Source: Candidatus Sigynarchaeum calidifontis (GTDB lineage Archaea; Asgardarchaeota; Lokiarchaeia; Sigyniarchaeales; Sigyniarchaeaceae). Taken from it: a stretch of 19,684 nt of DNA. This document shows positions 1 to 7,920 of this stretch, in pieces. The translations under genes were made by a program, and so were the position numbers. The first letter of the stretch is position 1; each line of letters opens with the position of its first letter. The DNA is taken from positions 1 through 19,684 of the forward strand of contig JAUQYZ020000107.1 in the NCBI GenBank assembly GCA_030587475.2. The letters run 5' to 3'. The notes under the pieces are model-generated. The model worked only from the letters and a program-made list of their open reading frames with translations, was not told the DNA's origin and searched no databases.

Positions 1-274
1 TGGCCGCCAGCCAGGCCAGGATCTGGTCCATCGCGAAGGGGGCCGCACCCGGCTGCGAGAGAAACCAGTCGAACTGGTGGTCAACCTCCATGAACCGGAT
101 GAGCCAGGTGTTGAACGACCCGATCACCGCGCCGATGCTTAAGTAAAGGGGGATTTTAACTTGCACATTTTTCAACGCGGCGACTTCACGAAGATATTCT
201 TCTTTTGAAACATACTTGGTGGTGTCGAACCCGGGGCCAGCAATTTCGGGCAGCAATTTCTTGTCCGGTTCCAT
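1..274 (-). CDS. Hypothetical membrane protein, N-terminal part (continues beyond the left edge; absent from the ORF track)
   Basis: Manual translation from ATG at 274 gives MEPDKKLLPEIAGPGFDTTKYVSKEEYLREVAALKNVQVKIPLYLSIGAVIGSFNTWLIRFMEVDHQFDWFLSQPGAAPFAMDQILAWLAA with no stop before the edge. An AGGTG SD-like motif lies at 289-285, directly after the upstream TAA. Hydrophobic segment IPLYLSIGAVIGSFNTWLI. Confidence 0.8.
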   Translation of the reverse strand, partial: MEPDKKLLPEIAGPGFDTTKYVSKEEYLREVAALKNVQVKIPLYLSIGAVIGSFNTWLIRFMEVDHQFDWFLSQPGAAPFAMDQILAWLAA

Positions 275-289
275 CTTGAAACCACACCT

Positions 290-796
290 TTAGAGCCCGC
301 TCTCTTCCTTCAGGAACTTGACCTTGTCCTTGAGCTTGAGGTTTTCCTCGTTCAACCGGCGGATCTGGGCATCACGGCTTTCCACGCTCTTTTGCAAATC
401 CCGCACTTCTCGGATCAACTTGTCACGCTCGTCACGCATCGATTCGAACTCTGCTCGGGAAGGGGCCTTGGCCAGCTCGGCCTTGAGCTTCTCGAGCGTG
501 CTCGTTTGTTCCTTGGACATTGAGCCATACTTGCCCTCGAGATCGGCGAGGCGGGTCTTCAAGTCCACGTTCTCGCTGCGCAGCTGCTGGATCGTCGTGT
601 CTTGCCGCGAAACTTGCTTCTGGAGCCGGTTGAGCTCGCGAGTCGTCGCCGACAGTTGCGATTCGAGCCTTGTTACCATTATCTCGCGCGTCTTGACTTC
701 TTTCTCGAGATCCATGATATCTTGCAAGTATTTCTCGACATCCTTTGACGAGAAGACGCCCTTGGTCCCTTTAAGCGCTTTTTTCCCTAAAAACAT
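290..796 (-). CDS. Coiled-coil hypothetical protein (168 aa) with an internal duplication
   Basis: Heptad-rich K/E/L/R composition over most of its length. ATG lies 4 nt after the upstream stop, and the gene is tightly packed in a minus-strand operon. Confidence 0.85.
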   Translation of the reverse strand: MFLGKKALKGTKGVFSSKDVEKYLQDIMDLEKEVKTREIMVTRLESQLSATTRELNRLQKQVSRQDTTIQQLRSENVDLKTRLADLEGKYGSMSKEQTSTLEKLKAELAKAPSRAEFESMRDERDKLIREVRDLQKSVESRDAQIRRLNEENLKLKDKVKFLKEESGL

Positions 797-800
797 GTAG

Positions 801-1277
801 CTATCCCTTGAAGTCCTTGGTAGCCTCTATCCTCTCGATCTTTTCGGCCGTGCCGTCGGTTTTGGTCGCGTTGTTTGCATCGCTGGCATCGCTCGTTTTA
901 ACCATGTCTGTCCTTACGGATGGCGTACCAATTTCAGCATCGCTTTGGAGTTTTTCCTCCTTAACAGATTCGAGGAGCGTGGCAACAGCTTCTAATTTTT
1001 TACTCTTTATCTCGCGGAAGATCTTGAGAATTTTCTGGTAGTAATTTTGCTTCGAGCTGATGGAATCGTGGATCAAGAAAGCCGCGGACTCGGAAATACT
1101 CTTGAAAATGCCCAACTCAACGAGGGCTTCCATGACTTGCAAATCATCGTGGCTTACCCGTGTCATTATCGTGTTCTCGCGGCGTTTCAAGCCTTTCGTG
1201 GGTAAATTGAACGCGTCGAGCAATTCCTTTTTCAATTCGGACGTCAAGTTTTTTTCAGACACGGGGGGCGCCACCAC
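801..1277 (-). CDS. Ribbon-helix-helix (CopG/Arc/MetJ-like) DNA-binding protein with a helical/low-complexity C-terminus
   Basis: NTIMTRVSHDDLQVMEALVELGIFKSISESAAFLIHDSI fits the RHH strand-helix-(G-x-F-x-S-x-S-E)-helix pattern. GTG start is preceded by AAGGTGG at 1294-1288. Confidence 0.7.
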   Translation of the reverse strand: MVAPPVSEKNLTSELKKELLDAFNLPTKGLKRRENTIMTRVSHDDLQVMEALVELGIFKSISESAAFLIHDSISSKQNYYQKILKIFREIKSKKLEAVATLLESVKEEKLQSDAEIGTPSVRTDMVKTSDASDANNATKTDGTAEKIERIEATKDFKG

Positions 1278-1287
1278 GTGATTCTTT

Positions 1288-1332
1288 CCACCTTCTAGGC
1301 TCTTACAAATTGGTTCACAATAATAAGTTTAT
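1288..1332 (-). promoter_or_regulatory. Putative archaeal BRE/TATA promoter and SD for the RHH operon
   Basis: The minus strand reads ATAAAC-TTATTATT (1332-1319), followed about 25 nt later by AAGGTGG (1294-1288), 10 nt before the GTG. Confidence 0.45.
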
Positions 1333-1399
1333 GCCCGGCGTGCACTCGGTTATCCATCACACGATGCAGTATCTTGGCCGCGCTGGCGACATTTGGCAC

Positions 1400-2500
1400 T
1401 CAGAACGATTCGAGACTGAACCTTGCCCCGGCCGCTTTGAGCAGCCGATCACGCGCCATCTCGATAGCCACCCTCGATGCATCAACCCCGATCCACGATC
1501 TATTCAAGGATGTCGCCGCGACGAGGGTCGTGCCCGAGCCACAGAAGAAATCCGCCACGAGATCGCCGGGCTTGGATGCACACGCGATCACGCGATCGAG
1601 CAACGCCCGGGGCTTTTGCGTCGGGTAACCGAGGCGCTCGTTCGCCTGGGAATTGATGATGGGGATGGTCCACACGTCGTCGACCATGTCCCCTTCCATC
1701 TCGTCCAGGAATTGCTTGCGGCGGTACCGGCCGGTTTTCGTCTTGAACACGCGGCCATCAGCGGCTAGCTCCTCGAACTTCCGCCGGGTGATCTTGCCAA
1801 CGTTCTGGTCGACCCAGAGCCTGCCATCGGGATCCTTGCGTGCACGTTCGTACAGGTATTGCTTCATCGGTGCGTATTGGGGAAAAAACGTGTATTCCCT
1901 TGATTTTGAATAGAAAAAAATCACGTCGTGCTTACGAGGAAACGATGTTTTGACGGGGCTGGGACCGCCGTACCACCAGATGATTTCATTCCGTAGGTTC
2001 CACCGCCCGAATATCTCATCGAGGAGTATCTTGATATAATGACCGCCATGCCAATCGACGTGGACGAAGGCGCTTCCTCGCTCGGAAAGAAGGCGGTGCA
2101 CGAGCTGCAGCCGAGGGTAGATCATGTCGAGATACGTGTCGATGCTGCCATTCCAGCGATCCTTGTAGGCGAGCACGTCTTGCCCGTCATTTATATAATA
2201 GTCGTCCCCGCTCCAGAATGGCGGGTCGATGTACACCAGGTCGATTCGTCCCTCATACCCCGTGGCGAGCAAGTGGTGCATGACTTGCAAGTTATCACCT
2301 TGGATCAACCGGTTTCGGCCGATGCTGGCAGATGGATGATCTTGATCGTCGATTTGCTTCCCGTTCTCGTAGAAAGCAACGATCCGGGGCGACGCGTTCA
2401 CCTTCTCGACTTCAACGCTGCGTTCCTTGGTGTCCCAGGAAAGGCATACCGTGTCCCGGCCTCTACCCATTCGCGTCCCGTTTCTCGCCAGCATACTCAC
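1400..2500 (-). CDS. Site-specific amino-DNA methyltransferase, beta class (N6_N4_Mtase; Type III Mod-like, short)
   Basis: LIQGDNL, catalytic motif IV YIDPPF, LRNEIIW and YPTQKP precede the SAM motif DFFCGSGTT (beta order). The start is uncertain: GTG 2500, ATG 2494 or ATG 2470. Confidence 0.93.
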   Translation of the reverse strand: MSMLARNGTRMGRGRDTVCLSWDTKERSVEVEKVNASPRIVAFYENGKQIDDQDHPSASIGRNRLIQGDNLQVMHHLLATGYEGRIDLVYIDPPFWSGDDYYINDGQDVLAYKDRWNGSIDTYLDMIYPRLQLVHRLLSERGSAFVHVDWHGGHYIKILLDEIFGRWNLRNEIIWWYGGPSPVKTSFPRKHDVIFFYSKSREYTFFPQYAPMKQYLYERARKDPDGRLWVDQNVGKITRRKFEELAADGRVFKTKTGRYRRKQFLDEMEGDMVDDVWTIPIINSQANERLGYPTQKPRALLDRVIACASKPGDLVADFFCGSGTTLVAATSLNRSWIGVDASRVAIEMARDRLLKAAGARFSLESF

Positions 2501-4287
2501 CAGGCAGGAGTCATGGATGCTATGAATTTCTGCATTTCGCCATCGATCTCGTAGAGATCATAGATAGCCACGTCGATTTTCTTCTGGATCTCCGTGATCG
2601 TTGAAGAAGCTGCCCCATCACGCACGTGGACGATCATCAAATTCACGAGATCGACCAATCGTGACATCGCTTCCGGGGATGGGATTTTCACGGGTATCAG
2701 CGTCTTGCGGGCCTTGGATGGCTCCAGCTTTTTTGCAACACCGCTGTGATATCCGAAGCCGAATGTATACTGCCAGAAAGCAGCGAGCCGGCTGTTTAAA
2801 ATAGCAAGGACATATCGTGCGTTCATTTTCTTTGGTATGATCATGGTATTCGTGCCCTTGAACACGCAACGGCGGTCGTCGAGGGCGAATCGTGGCGCGG
2901 AGGCCGTCCGAGGAACTAGAATCTTCTCGCGGGTGTTGATTATCGTCGTTAAATTGCGGACGTTCGGGAAGTGCCACCAGCACGGCTTGCCCGTGTCGGC
3001 GCGTTGTTTCAATATCGTGCACAAGTTCGGGAAATTCGATTCCAGCTCGCGTTCTGAAAGGATAGAGTTCGCAACGATCCAATAACGGGGTTTAACAGGC
3101 ATGATAACATATCGACCAATCTCCCGGGCGTCGTGCACGAGGGGAAAAACGTGGACACGTTCTGCAGCATCGAGCTGCGAAAATAATTCCCCGTCGATCT
3201 CGAACTTTCGTGCACTTGCAACGGGTGGCTGGAATCCCCCGTGCACCGCGAACTCGCTAGCGTCATCGAAGCGTATAACGGGTTGGCGAAGAATCGCGTT
3301 CTTGATCGCCAAGGCATTTTTATCCACGATGACCCACGCGGCGTCACGAGCAGCATCAAAAGAAATATTGAATTTTTCTGGTGTTTGCGGTGATAAAAAT
3401 TGTTCGGCAGTTATTCCCTCGTTATGATAGGGGAGGGCGTGTAATGACACGATGCGCCGCCCGTGCTTGCTCAACGTGAGGATCATCGATGTGGTCCCGG
3501 CGCTTGCACCCTTTTGCGAAAAGATCTTGGCATCCGGAGGGAATAGGCTGATGTCGATCGATTTGAAATGATCTAGCAGGTACCGACGAAAATCGATGGC
3601 ACGCTCGTGATAGAGCCATTCTTGCGGCAATAGAAATGAAATGACGCCGCTGTCGTTGATTAAAAACGAGGCGAGGGCGATGAAAAAGAGGTAATAATTC
3701 GGTTGCGCGTCGGCATGGTTGGGCCGGCAGGCATATTTGACATCGAGGAAATGGCCGCACTCGAGGACCGCGCGCTCAGCCCTTGGAATCCGGTTCCACG
3801 GGACATAGGGCGGGTTCCCGATGATAATGTCGAAACCGCCAGAGGCCGCTACATCGGGAAACACGGGGTTATCCAGCGCGTCGTGCCTCACCAGGCGCAT
3901 CATTTCTTTGTAATCTTCAACCCCGGATTCTTTAACGACGCGAGAAAGTGAAGCAGATGCATCACGCAATGCCATCTCGTCGATGTCAATCCCGTGAATG
4001 TATGGCTTGATAGTAGCGCAAGCATGGTCACTATTAGCTCTTTCTCTAACGGCACGTATTGCCTCGCACAAGAAAACGCCATTCCCGCATGCTGGATCGA
4101 GTATTTTTATGCTCCGCGCTCCGTGACACGCCGACTGGAACCATTGTTCGATGGCTTTACGAGCGATAAACCGAGCGATTGATGCGGGCGTGTAATACAT
4201 GCCCGTGTTCCGTCGATGTTCTCTGGTTACGCGACGGATTTCGTCAGTCGCCGTACTACCTTCGACGAATCCTTCTTGCATCGTCAT
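2497..4287 (-). CDS. N6-adenine DNA methyltransferase, gamma class (Eco57I/TaqI-like, C-terminal target recognition domain, no nuclease domain)
   Basis: GMYYTP, SAM motif ILDPACGNGVFL, GIDID, catalytic FDIIIGNPPY. The C-terminus has TaqI_C-like YVLAILNS and IDVAIYDLY. Confidence 0.9.
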   Translation of the reverse strand: MTMQEGFVEGSTATDEIRRVTREHRRNTGMYYTPASIARFIARKAIEQWFQSACHGARSIKILDPACGNGVFLCEAIRAVRERANSDHACATIKPYIHGIDIDEMALRDASASLSRVVKESGVEDYKEMMRLVRHDALDNPVFPDVAASGGFDIIIGNPPYVPWNRIPRAERAVLECGHFLDVKYACRPNHADAQPNYYLFFIALASFLINDSGVISFLLPQEWLYHERAIDFRRYLLDHFKSIDISLFPPDAKIFSQKGASAGTTSMILTLSKHGRRIVSLHALPYHNEGITAEQFLSPQTPEKFNISFDAARDAAWVIVDKNALAIKNAILRQPVIRFDDASEFAVHGGFQPPVASARKFEIDGELFSQLDAAERVHVFPLVHDAREIGRYVIMPVKPRYWIVANSILSERELESNFPNLCTILKQRADTGKPCWWHFPNVRNLTTIINTREKILVPRTASAPRFALDDRRCVFKGTNTMIIPKKMNARYVLAILNSRLAAFWQYTFGFGYHSGVAKKLEPSKARKTLIPVKIPSPEAMSRLVDLVNLMIVHVRDGAASSTITEIQKKIDVAIYDLYEIDGEMQKFIASMTPAW

Positions 4288-4350
4288 TTAATGACTTTAC
4301 ATACGCCTGGCGGTATTTGAAGATTGGGACAAACCGCGGATTAGCGTGCT

Positions 4351-4387
4351 GAAGCAATTTTATATCTTGACAGCGAACTTGAAGCGA
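4351..4387 (+). promoter_or_regulatory. Putative BRE/TATA promoter for the GH35 gene, probably leaderless
   Basis: GAAGCAA-TTTTATAT (4351-4365) is centred about 25 nt upstream of ATG 4387, and no SD motif is present. Confidence 0.55.
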
Positions 4388-7179
4388 TGTATATGCGGAA
4401 AACCCCCCCTTTCGCCTATGATAAGGCCAAATACGGAAGCGTGATCGATTATGACAAGTATTCGCTGAAGATTCGTGGCATACGGGAGTTCCTCGTGGGT
4501 GGCGAGTTCCACTACTGGCGTGTTCCCGACCGGGATCGCTGGGAAGACATTTTAAAGGCCTACAAGGGAGGTGGCTTGAACTGCCTTCGCATCTATTTTC
4601 ACTGGGGATACCACAACCCCGCCGAGGGCAAGTTCGTGTTCGACGGCAACAAGGACGTCGATTATTTGCTCACGATCTGCGAAAAGATCGGCTTGTACGT
4701 GCTCGTTGCTTCTGGCCCTTACATCTGCGCGGAGACGACCGCAGGCGGCTTCCCTCTGTGGTTATTGCAGCACCGGGATGTCCGTATCAGGCACATGAAG
4801 GGGGACTTGCGTTTCAAGTATGACCCTACCTACATGAAGTTCGCGAAGGACTGGCTTTCCCATTTCATCGACCAGGTCAAGCGGCACCAGCTCACCGAAA
4901 ACCCGAACGGGTGCATCATCGCGTACCAGATCGAGAATGAATACGGCGTGACCCTCGTCAAGGGCTTGAAGAGGTACATGGCCGAGCTTGCGCAGCACGT
5001 GCGAGATTGCGGCATCACGGTTCCCATCTTTCACAATGACGCGTACGAGGCGGGGAGCTGGAACGGCCTGGTTGACCTCTACGGCTTCGACAAGTACCCC
5101 GTATTCGCGAACAAGAAGGCGAAGGCGCTGAAACCCGCGTCCTGGTCAAAATGGATGTTCAAGTTACTCGTCGACAAGTCGGAAAAGACCGTGCGGGGAT
5201 ACAAGCCACCAGCGCGAGATACCCCCATGTTCATTCCGGAATTACAAGGAAATTGGTTTAATCACTGGACCGTGAAATATAATTACGATGATTTGTACAA
5301 CTATTATGGTAGCACTTACCAGAAGATGCTCGTGGAATCATATGCCGCACAAGGAACGAGCATCATGATAATATACATGTACTATGGTGGCACGAATCAT
5401 GGAACCCTCGGGAGCCCCGAGGTGCCTACTAGCTATGATTATGCGGGTTGCCTGCGGGAATACGGATTCTTGACCGACCGCGCACTACAGCTCAGGACAT
5501 TCTTGCACTTCGCAAAGAGTTTCATGCCGCTGATCGTAGAATCGACCCGCGCGAAGCCTTCGATCAAGACAATACCTGGCGGGATGCTGTATCGCCAGCG
5601 CAACGCGCCTGACGGGACCGAGTTTTATTATTTCCGCAATTTCAAGGGAAACAAGGACAAGTTTGCCATCCTGCTCGCGGATGGGACGCGAATCCCGAAG
5701 GAGGGCTGGCAAATACTCTCGCCTAGGGACAGCATGATCGCCGTCGGCAATTTCAAGGCCACCGACTTCACGATCAAGTTCTGCTCTATGCCCGTGCTCG
5801 TGAAAGCGCCCACGCCGCGGGGCATAATACTGGTCTTGGGACATAACGGTGGCGAGCTGTTACTCGATGGCGACGGGTTCAAAGTCGCAGGCGGGGTCAA
5901 GCAGACCGAGGAAGCAGGCTTCACCCGCATCCAGTTTCCCGCTCCGGGGCTTGCAACCGTCTCGTCGCGCGCGGGAAATATCCTCGACATCGTATGCTTG
6001 ACCATGGAGGATGCCCTCACGTGCAACACGCGCTTCATAGAGGGAGATTCAGTCATCACCTGGGGCGCGCACGGATCGTTTTTTTCACGGGATAGCACGG
6101 TCGAGTTCCACGCGCTCGGCAAGCAGCGGGTGTACATGTTCTCCTCACATGATATCAAGGGGTTTAATGCCGTCAATGACGCGCCGTTTCCGGGGTTGAA
6201 AGTAGCGGAGTTAGGCGAGGACATGGATGTCGTCGATATCGTCCTCTCGGGTTGGGAACGCATGAAACCCGATCGAGGCAAGGTGTCCTGGAAACCGATC
6301 GATCTCGCCACGCAGCGAGATCCCATCGACCACGGGTTCATGAGCGGCCACGTGCTCTACAAATGCACGTTCGATCCGGGGGATGTGAAGAGTCTCCAGC
6401 TCAAGCTCAACATCAGGCACAAGGTTGCAGTTTGGCTCAATGATAAGTTTATCGGGAGCCATCATGTATATAACCTCGCAATGCTCATCGACCCGTTCCA
6501 CCCTGGCAGCATCAATGGCCCCGATCCGCTCCGTCTGGGTGTTAAAAAATATGATTTGTCGAAAGCAGTTATCCCCGGCAAGGACAATGAGCTGCTCGTG
6601 CTCGTCGAAAGCCTTGGACAAGGCAAGCAGTTCTTCATGTTCAACGATTGCCGGATCCCGAGAGGGATTCTTTCTGCCAAGTTTTCCAAGAAACTAGTGA
6701 ATGAAAAATGGTCGATCGCTGGAACGGATGTCACGAAATTGAACGACGCATACTCGACTTCCGGCCTGCCCGGCGAAACGGAGGCCCTCAGTGGCAAGGG
6801 TGCCAGCTGGGAACCAGTGGACGAGTTAAATTTGCAACCGGACGACCAGGTCGTGTGGTTCCGCACGACCTTCAAGTGGAACCCGCCCGAGGATGCATGG
6901 GTGCCACTCCGGCTGCACCTGGAAGGTTTCCACAATGCGAATATCTTCTTGAACGGGCATTATATCGGCCGCTATTGGGGAGACCAGGGTCCCCAGCATG
7001 ATTTTTACCTGATGGACAAGTATTTGCTCACCGAAAACGTGCTCGTGATGGGCTGCTGGACGACGACCGATGATTCTTTTTCCGTTGAAATCAAACCGTA
7101 TTTGGTCAAGCCCGATAGTGGGAACATCGACGAGTCCGGCACCCTCGCGGCCACGAAAAAATACCGTTTTCCTTTTTAG
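4387..7179 (+). CDS. GH35 beta-galactosidase, multidomain with C-terminal beta-sandwich/jelly-roll domains
   Basis: GGEFHYWRVP, GPYICAE..GGFP, acid/base motif QIENEYG, nucleophile motif PELQG, YMYYGGTN, TSYDY, and C-terminal FLNGHYIGRY..GPQ. Confidence 0.93.
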   Translation: MYMRKTPPFAYDKAKYGSVIDYDKYSLKIRGIREFLVGGEFHYWRVPDRDRWEDILKAYKGGGLNCLRIYFHWGYHNPAEGKFVFDGNKDVDYLLTICEKIGLYVLVASGPYICAETTAGGFPLWLLQHRDVRIRHMKGDLRFKYDPTYMKFAKDWLSHFIDQVKRHQLTENPNGCIIAYQIENEYGVTLVKGLKRYMAELAQHVRDCGITVPIFHNDAYEAGSWNGLVDLYGFDKYPVFANKKAKALKPASWSKWMFKLLVDKSEKTVRGYKPPARDTPMFIPELQGNWFNHWTVKYNYDDLYNYYGSTYQKMLVESYAAQGTSIMIIYMYYGGTNHGTLGSPEVPTSYDYAGCLREYGFLTDRALQLRTFLHFAKSFMPLIVESTRAKPSIKTIPGGMLYRQRNAPDGTEFYYFRNFKGNKDKFAILLADGTRIPKEGWQILSPRDSMIAVGNFKATDFTIKFCSMPVLVKAPTPRGIILVLGHNGGELLLDGDGFKVAGGVKQTEEAGFTRIQFPAPGLATVSSRAGNILDIVCLTMEDALTCNTRFIEGDSVITWGAHGSFFSRDSTVEFHALGKQRVYMFSSHDIKGFNAVNDAPFPGLKVAELGEDMDVVDIVLSGWERMKPDRGKVSWKPIDLATQRDPIDHGFMSGHVLYKCTFDPGDVKSLQLKLNIRHKVAVWLNDKFIGSHHVYNLAMLIDPFHPGSINGPDPLRLGVKKYDLSKAVIPGKDNELLVLVESLGQGKQFFMFNDCRIPRGILSAKFSKKLVNEKWSIAGTDVTKLNDAYSTSGLPGETEALSGKGASWEPVDELNLQPDDQVVWFRTTFKWNPPEDAWVPLRLHLEGFHNANIFLNGHYIGRYWGDQGPQHDFYLMDKYLLTENVLVMGCWTTTDDSFSVEIKPYLVKPDSGNIDESGTLAATKKYRFPF

Positions 7180-7227
7180 GGCCTTTTTTATTTACATCGC
7201 TTTTTTCACGAGACAACTGGTGATCCC
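7180..7227 (+). terminator. Oligo-T terminator-like tracts, possibly doubling as a TATA box, plus the SD for the next gene
   Basis: T6 runs at 7184-7189 and 7201-7206 follow the stop. GGTGATC at 7219-7225, complementary to the 16S 3' end, precedes ATG 7228. Confidence 0.5.
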
Positions 7228-7920
7228 ATGCCACCGCGCGCATGCTTGATGTCGGTTCCTTACACCGCGCTCGATCACGAAACCTGGTACCTCGAGGCGG
7301 AATTCCTTCCAGCAGAAAACCCTGGCCATAAGCTAGCCATCATCTGCCACCCGCACCCGCTCTTCGGCGGTGAAATGCACAACAACGTGGTCGACGCGAT
7401 CTTCAGCGGCTTGTCGGATGAATACAACATGGTACGGTTTAATTTCTCTGGAGTCGGTGGTTCCGATGGCGGCCACGAAAATGGCCAAGGTGAAATTGGG
7501 CAGGTGAAAGCCGTGGTGGAATACACGTGCGGCGAACTCGTTCAAGAGCAATCTTGCGAGGCCTGGAACCGGATCCACGTCATCGGCTATTCTTTCGGCG
7601 CCGCCATGGCTTTGCCGGCAGCACTCGCGATGAACAACATCTCATCGTGCACAGCCATCGCGTTCCCGTTCGAGATGTTTTCCAAGCACGCGACTGAATC
7701 CATCGCGCTGCAAGCGAAAAGTAAAGCGTCCTTGTTATTTTTGACAGGTGATGCCGATGATTTCACGCCGATCACATCTTTCAACAAATGGATGACCAAG
7801 TTCTCTGGAAGCGTGCAATCCATCATCCAAGGAGCTGATCACTTCTTTGTTGGTCACGAGCGGCGGCTCGTCGCGGAAATTAAAAAATTTCTTAATAGTT
7901 TCCATCAAGATAGATCATGA
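7228..7920 (+). CDS. Alpha/beta-fold hydrolase (COG2945-like)
   Basis: HPHPLFGG..NNVV, RFNFSGVG, nucleophile elbow GYSFG, Asp in GDADDF, His in GADHFF. Confidence 0.92.
   Translation: MPPRACLMSVPYTALDHETWYLEAEFLPAENPGHKLAIICHPHPLFGGEMHNNVVDAIFSGLSDEYNMVRFNFSGVGGSDGGHENGQGEIGQVKAVVEYTCGELVQEQSCEAWNRIHVIGYSFGAAMALPAALAMNNISSCTAIAFPFEMFSKHATESIALQAKSKASLLFLTGDADDFTPITSFNKWMTKFSGSVQSIIQGADHFFVGHERRLVAEIKKFLNSFHQDRS

Noticed and set aside
170-740. Similar short motif in adjacent proteins (EEYLREVAAL versus EKYLQDIMDL)
   Set aside because: Too short, and a generic amphipathic helix pattern that cannot be distinguished from chance.
290-1277. RHH plus neighbour as a toxin-antitoxin pair or as the controller of the R-M genes
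   Set aside because: The neighbour is a pure coiled coil with no PIN/RelE-type motif. The RHH gene has its own promoter-like region downstream of the MTases and is not an HTH C-protein.
318-1281. Plus-strand Ser-rich ORFs opposite the left operon
   Set aside because: Their composition is what the reverse complement of Glu/Lys/Arg-rich coding sequence produces. The minus-strand genes carry the SD motifs and protein-like patterns.
1400-4287. MTases as part of BREX, DISARM or a mobile element
   Set aside because: No pglZ/brxC/drm genes, integrase, transposase or terminal repeats are visible nearby.
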